DNA from: Promethearchaeota archaeon
GTDB taxonomy: Archaea; Asgardarchaeota; Lokiarchaeia; Sigyniarchaeales; SOKP01
Length of the DNA stretch: 64,000 bases
Direction: 5' to 3'
NCBI GenBank assembly: GCA_019058445.1
Contig: JAHPZA010000002.1
Location: 1 to 64,000 of the forward strand
Part shown: piece after piece, positions 60,077 to 64,000 of the stretch
How the letters are laid out: each line of letters opens with the position of its first letter
Position numbering within the stretch: position 1 is the stretch's first letter
Notes under the pieces: generated by a model
What the model was told of the DNA's origin: nothing
Seen by the model: only the letters and a program-made list of their open reading frames with translations
Database searches by the model: none
Translations under genes and position numbers: made by a program

Positions 60077-61444
60077 ATGGAAGTTCGTGTTATTGCTCCA
60101 AATGGTACCATTGGTGCTGGTTATAAAGAAAAATCGCTTGAGAGAGGAATTGCTTTAAAGCCTCATGTTATTGCATGTGATGGGGGCTCAACAGATTCAG
60201 GACCAAGTTATTTGGGATCTGGAACTCCGAAATCATCACGTCAAGCGGTTAAACGAGATCTTCGATATATGTTTTTGGGTAGAGAGGAATTAGGAGTTCC
60301 ATTAATTATCGGTTCTTGTGGTACCAGCGGTGCAGATGTGGGTGTTGATTGGGTGCGCGATATTTGTCTTGAAATCGCAGCTGAGGAGAATCTTCATTTC
60401 AAATTAGCTGTAATAAAAAGCGATCAAAACAAAGAATATCTTAAGAAAAAATTGAAAGAAGGCAGAATTAAACCGTTAACACCCGCACCTGAGATTAGTG
60501 AAAGTATTATAGATAAAGCCAGCCGGATCGTTGGTGTGATGGGATATGAACAAATTGATAGAGCCTTATCTGAAGGAGCAGAAGTTATTTTGGCTGGTCG
60601 TGCGACCGACACTGCATTATTTGCAGCAATCCCTTTACGTATGGGTGCAGATCCAGGTCCTACATGGCATATGGCTAAGACTATAGAATGCGGGGCCGCT
60701 TGTGCTGTTGTACCAGCTGCTGATGGCATGTATGCAGTTATTAAGGATAATGAATTTACTATTGAACCACTTGATTTGGAATCAAGGGTTACACCTTTAA
60801 CAGTTGCCTCACATATGCTTTATGAAAATTCAAGTCCGTTTTTATTACGAGAACCAGGAGGATGGCTCGATACTACTAATTCCCAATATAAAGCGATAGA
60901 TGACCGATCGGTAAGCGTATCAGGATCTGTTTTTAGGAAAGCAGAAACCTATACCATCAAGCTAGAAGCAGCAGAATTAATAGGATATCAATCAATAATT
61001 ATTGGTGGGATTCGAGATCCATACATTATAAGACGTCTAGACGAATTAATCCCTTTTTTACAAGGGTATTTTAAACTTAAAGTCCGCAAATTGTTCGAGG
61101 GGAAAGTAAAAAAGAAAGATTACAAATTACATTTTCGAATCTACGGTCGGGATGGAGTTATGGGACCTTATGAACCGCTAAAAGACAATGTTGGGCATGA
61201 AGTCGGAATTCTTATTACCGTCACCGCAAAAACTCAACAGTTGGCGTCCGATATTGCAAAATTTGTGGCTTGGATGTCTGCTCATGTTCCAATACCAGAA
61301 TGGCAGGGGATTATTAGTAGCATTGCATATCCTTTTTCACCACCAGAAATAGAAAGAGGAGCTGTTTACCGCTTTAGTTTAAATCACGTTGTTGAGCCTG
61401 ATAATCCACTTGAAATGTTTCGTTTTAACTATGAGGAGGTGTGA
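60077..61444 (+). CDS. AtuA/DUF1446-family protein
   Basis: IACDGGSTDSGP.YLG, PLIIGSCG..G, GA.VI.AGR..D, WH.AK..ECGA, ASHMLYEN..P, KLE.A...GY......IRDP. Confidence 0.85.
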   Translation: MEVRVIAPNGTIGAGYKEKSLERGIALKPHVIACDGGSTDSGPSYLGSGTPKSSRQAVKRDLRYMFLGREELGVPLIIGSCGTSGADVGVDWVRDICLEIAAEENLHFKLAVIKSDQNKEYLKKKLKEGRIKPLTPAPEISESIIDKASRIVGVMGYEQIDRALSEGAEVILAGRATDTALFAAIPLRMGADPGPTWHMAKTIECGAACAVVPAADGMYAVIKDNEFTIEPLDLESRVTPLTVASHMLYENSSPFLLREPGGWLDTTNSQYKAIDDRSVSVSGSVFRKAETYTIKLEAAELIGYQSIIIGGIRDPYIIRRLDELIPFLQGYFKLKVRKLFEGKVKKKDYKLHFRIYGRDGVMGPYEPLKDNVGHEVGILITVTAKTQQLASDIAKFVAWMSAHVPIPEWQGIISSIAYPFSPPEIERGAVYRFSLNHVVEPDNPLEMFRFNYEEV

Positions 61445-61764
61445 AAAATATTAAAACATTAGGAGAACTTGCTAAGATAATTAGGTCAAAAAACGCAGGA
61501 CCTTTTGCCATAACATTTGATATAATGTTTGCAACTGAAAAAGATTATAATCTTGTTGTAAAGTCCAATATTTTAACCGTTGAAAGATTCAGCAATTTAT
61601 TTAACATCCCCCCCGAAGATATTCAATTCTACCTTGTTAAAAACGCTTATGCAATAAAGATATCCATGCCAAGACCTTATTTTCAGGGTGATCTTGAGGA
61701 TGGAGATAATTATGCTGGTCAACAATATCCTCCTTTGATAGGGATAGAAATTCCAGGGACCTAA
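61441..61764 (+). CDS. DUF4387 family protein (partner of the AtuA-like protein)
   Basis: LA..IRSKNAGPF.ITFDIMF, AIKIS.PR...G...D.D...GQQ..PL; GTGA overlap with the upstream gene, GAGGAG SD. Confidence 0.85.
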   Translation: MKNIKTLGELAKIIRSKNAGPFAITFDIMFATEKDYNLVVKSNILTVERFSNLFNIPPEDIQFYLVKNAYAIKISMPRPYFQGDLEDGDNYAGQQYPPLIGIEIPGT

Positions 61765-61799
61765 CCCTAAAATATACTTTTATATACTGGCAATACTAA

Positions 61800-62546
61800 T
61801 TGATTACTATCATGCCAATTGAAGGATTAACTGAGTTAGAGATTATTAACGGGATTTTTACCTCGATTTTCGTTTTTGTTTCAATTTTAATTGGATTAAG
61901 GATAATATTAAAATACAATAAACATCAAATAAAAGAACTAATAACAGTAGGAATTAGTATGATTTTTCTCTCTACCCATTGGTGGGGAAATTCTTTCTCG
62001 TTTTTATTATATATAGCTTTTAATTATGAACTTGAAACGGTCACCCACCTTATTATTGAAAATATTTTTACCCCGATCGCATTGATTTTATGGGTATATT
62101 CCGTTTGCTCACTTGCATATCCTACAAAAATCAGAATATCGCTTTTAATCATTACACCAGTGTGCATTATATATTATGTGTTTTTATTTATCGGGCTTAT
62201 AGTCGACCCAGAAATTCTTGTAATACCTTTAAGTAGATTTGATACAAGATCTACAATCCTTTTGCTGTGTTTAAAAATATCTGCCTTATTTGTATTTACA
62301 ACCTATACAGTTCTATTTGGGTTAAATTTGATCAAAGATGGAGATAAAATAATTCAATGGAAAGGTAAATTTTTATTTTTAGCTATTGCTTTATATTCTC
62401 TCGGTGGAATCGGCTCAATGTTCTTATTTTCATTAGCAGAATTAGTAATTTTAAGATTGTTATTGATATTAAGCTCAATTCTATTTTATTTTAGTTTTTT
62501 CATACCTGATCCCTTGAGAAAATGGGTAATTAAGAATGAAGATTAA
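61800..62546 (+). CDS. Seven-TM integral membrane protein (Asgard-type, unknown function)
   Basis: Seven hydrophobic segments; C-terminal F..P..L motif; ATG 61812 is an alternative start. Confidence 0.7.
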   Translation: MITIMPIEGLTELEIINGIFTSIFVFVSILIGLRIILKYNKHQIKELITVGISMIFLSTHWWGNSFSFLLYIAFNYELETVTHLIIENIFTPIALILWVYSVCSLAYPTKIRISLLIITPVCIIYYVFLFIGLIVDPEILVIPLSRFDTRSTILLLCLKISALFVFTTYTVLFGLNLIKDGDKIIQWKGKFLFLAIALYSLGGIGSMFLFSLAELVILRLLLILSSILFYFSFFIPDPLRKWVIKNED

Positions 62547-62599
62547 TAACATGAGGTAATGTATTGATTTGGTAAGAAGTCGTAAATGGTGATAAAAAC

Positions 62600-63370
62600 A
62601 TACAAAAGAAAGATACTAAATTAGATTCTCATAGGGAAGGCTCTCATGATAAGTTAGATATTCAAAAACAAAAAGATGATTTAATCCTAAATATAGAAAT
62701 CATGAAATTAATGAGTAGTCTTACTCGATTCCGTATTTTGCTACTCTTATTAATTTATCCTAAATTAAGTTTATCTGAGTTCAGCAATTTACTAGGACGT
62801 ACTAAATCCACAATACATCATCATTTAAAAAAATTTGAAAATTTAGATATATTAAGTACTAGCAGAAAGCCGGTTCCATCGTATATTGATGCTAAAATAT
62901 ACGCTTTAAAACCAGATTTCCTAAAAATATTAAATTTAAAGTTTGAGGATTTTAAAAAATTTTCTGCAAAAGAAAAACAAACGATTTTACCTTATGTTTT
63001 ATCGAAAGACATAGAGATATTTGAAGTGATTAAGAATCTATTTGAACAAGTAGTTTTACTCTATAAGACCATTGATAAAGCTGGTATTACTAGTGATCAG
63101 AAATCATCTAATGAGTATTCGAATTTTTATATGAGTAGTCCTATAAAATACGACATTTGGTTTCTTAATAAAGAAGAACTTGAATTATTCAATGATTCTT
63201 TATTAGATTTTAAGAATAAATTAAATAAAATGCACAAGGAAGATAATAAGCAAAATAAAAATGATAGAAAACCTTTTCTGATTTTAAATTCAATTTTTCC
63301 AATGGAAAAATTACTAAAATATGATTCTGATACAAAAAAATTCATTAAGTTCTATAAAGCACTAGAATAA
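62600..63370 (+). CDS. ArsR-like winged-helix transcriptional regulator
   Basis: TRFRILLLL...PKLSLSEFS.LLGRTKSTIHHHLKK; ORF-track start is 62702, but the frame is open back past ATA 62600, which follows a GGTGA SD. Confidence 0.8.
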   Translation: MQKKDTKLDSHREGSHDKLDIQKQKDDLILNIEIMKLMSSLTRFRILLLLLIYPKLSLSEFSNLLGRTKSTIHHHLKKFENLDILSTSRKPVPSYIDAKIYALKPDFLKILNLKFEDFKKFSAKEKQTILPYVLSKDIEIFEVIKNLFEQVVLLYKTIDKAGITSDQKSSNEYSNFYMSSPIKYDIWFLNKEELELFNDSLLDFKNKLNKMHKEDNKQNKNDRKPFLILNSIFPMEKLLKYDSDTKKFIKFYKALE

Positions 63371-63483
63371 AGGCGTTAAAGTTAACCAAATGAATTCTCA
63401 TCTCACATATATATTTCATTGGAAGATTATTTAAATTGTCTAATGAATTAATTAAAGTAAAATATATACTGGTGATTATCAAA

Positions 63484-64000
63484 TTGGAAACAAAATCTTT
63501 AATGGAGAAAGCAGTAAAGTTTCATGGGCATTCTTGCCCTGGTGTTACAATTGGCGTATTAGTTTCAAAATATATATTGGAGCATGATAATGATTTTAGT
63601 ATAGATGAAGAACTGGTTGCTGTTGTTGAAAACGATAATTGCAGTGTTGATGCACTTCAAGCTTTATTAGGGACTACCTATGGCAAAGGGAATTTAATTC
63701 ATCTTGATTACGGTAAAAATAATTTTACTTTTTATAATAGAGATAATAAAAAGGCAGTGAAGCTATCTCTGAAGAATCTTAGTTTTGGAGATAGAAATTT
63801 GCCCCGGGAAGAGAGAATCCAAAAGCTTCTTAATACAAATCCCGAAGATATTTTCAACATTGAAGAAGTAAAATTTGATCCACCGCAGTTCGCTCAAATT
63901 CACGAATCGATATTATGCGAAAACTGCGGAGATCCTACAATGAGCACACGTATTAAAGAATTTAAGGGTAAAAAACTATGTATCCCTTGTTATGAAAAAT
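63484..64000 (+). CDS. FmdE/FwdE family protein with C-terminal zinc finger; truncated by the window edge
   Basis: Not in ORF track. TTG at 63484 after GGTGA; FHGHSCPG, VENDNCSVDALQ...GTTYGKGN, CENCGD...LCIPC. Confidence 0.9.
   Translation, partial: METKSLMEKAVKFHGHSCPGVTIGVLVSKYILEHDNDFSIDEELVAVVENDNCSVDALQALLGTTYGKGNLIHLDYGKNNFTFYNRDNKKAVKLSLKNLSFGDRNLPREERIQKLLNTNPEDIFNIEEVKFDPPQFAQIHESILCENCGDPTMSTRIKEFKGKKLCIPCYEK

Noticed and set aside
732-63345. Many short antisense or overlapping ORFs in the track (e.g. 732-950, 4375-4713, 4893-5183, 40735-41142, 60424-60729)
   Set aside because: They lie within well-supported genes on another frame or strand and have no motifs; shadow ORFs

Overview
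AT-rich (~30% GC) archaeal chromosomal window, very probably Asgard/Lokiarchaeia. Evidence: archaeal information genes (rpo3-L18e-L13-S9, thermosome, TrmI, archaeal GlyA and TrpRS) together with eukaryotic-signature-type proteins (Rag-like GTPase with a roadblock/longin tail, stand-alone longin, vWA-C4HC3 zinc-finger protein). Metabolic content: two MetV/MetF pairs, one in an hdrA-mvhD(fused)/hdrC/hdrB/metV/metF/lrp operon, plus GTP-PEPCK, aroA, aroC, hisI, msrB, a GH4, two C45 Ntn-hydrolases, two MFS transporters and an AtuA/DUF4387 catabolic cluster. Two edge genes missing from the ORF track are an N6-adenine DNA methyltransferase (left) and an FmdE-family protein (right). I found no tRNA, rRNA, CRISPR array or transposase. 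Most notable unexplained signals: (1) a ~190-nt intergenic element (54111-54301) with ~49% GC and multiple helices, matching no RNA family I recognise; (2) two or three genes that appear to start at ATT/ATA behind good Shine-Dalgarno motifs; (3) a frameshifted aroA 5' copy rich in synonymous changes, and a 54-bp degenerate direct repeat, each marking accessory-gene accretion; (4) a triplicated near-palindromic operator in a divergent catabolic promoter; (5) several uncharacterised Asgard-type membrane/signalling modules. All family calls come from motif reading only; no database searches were run.
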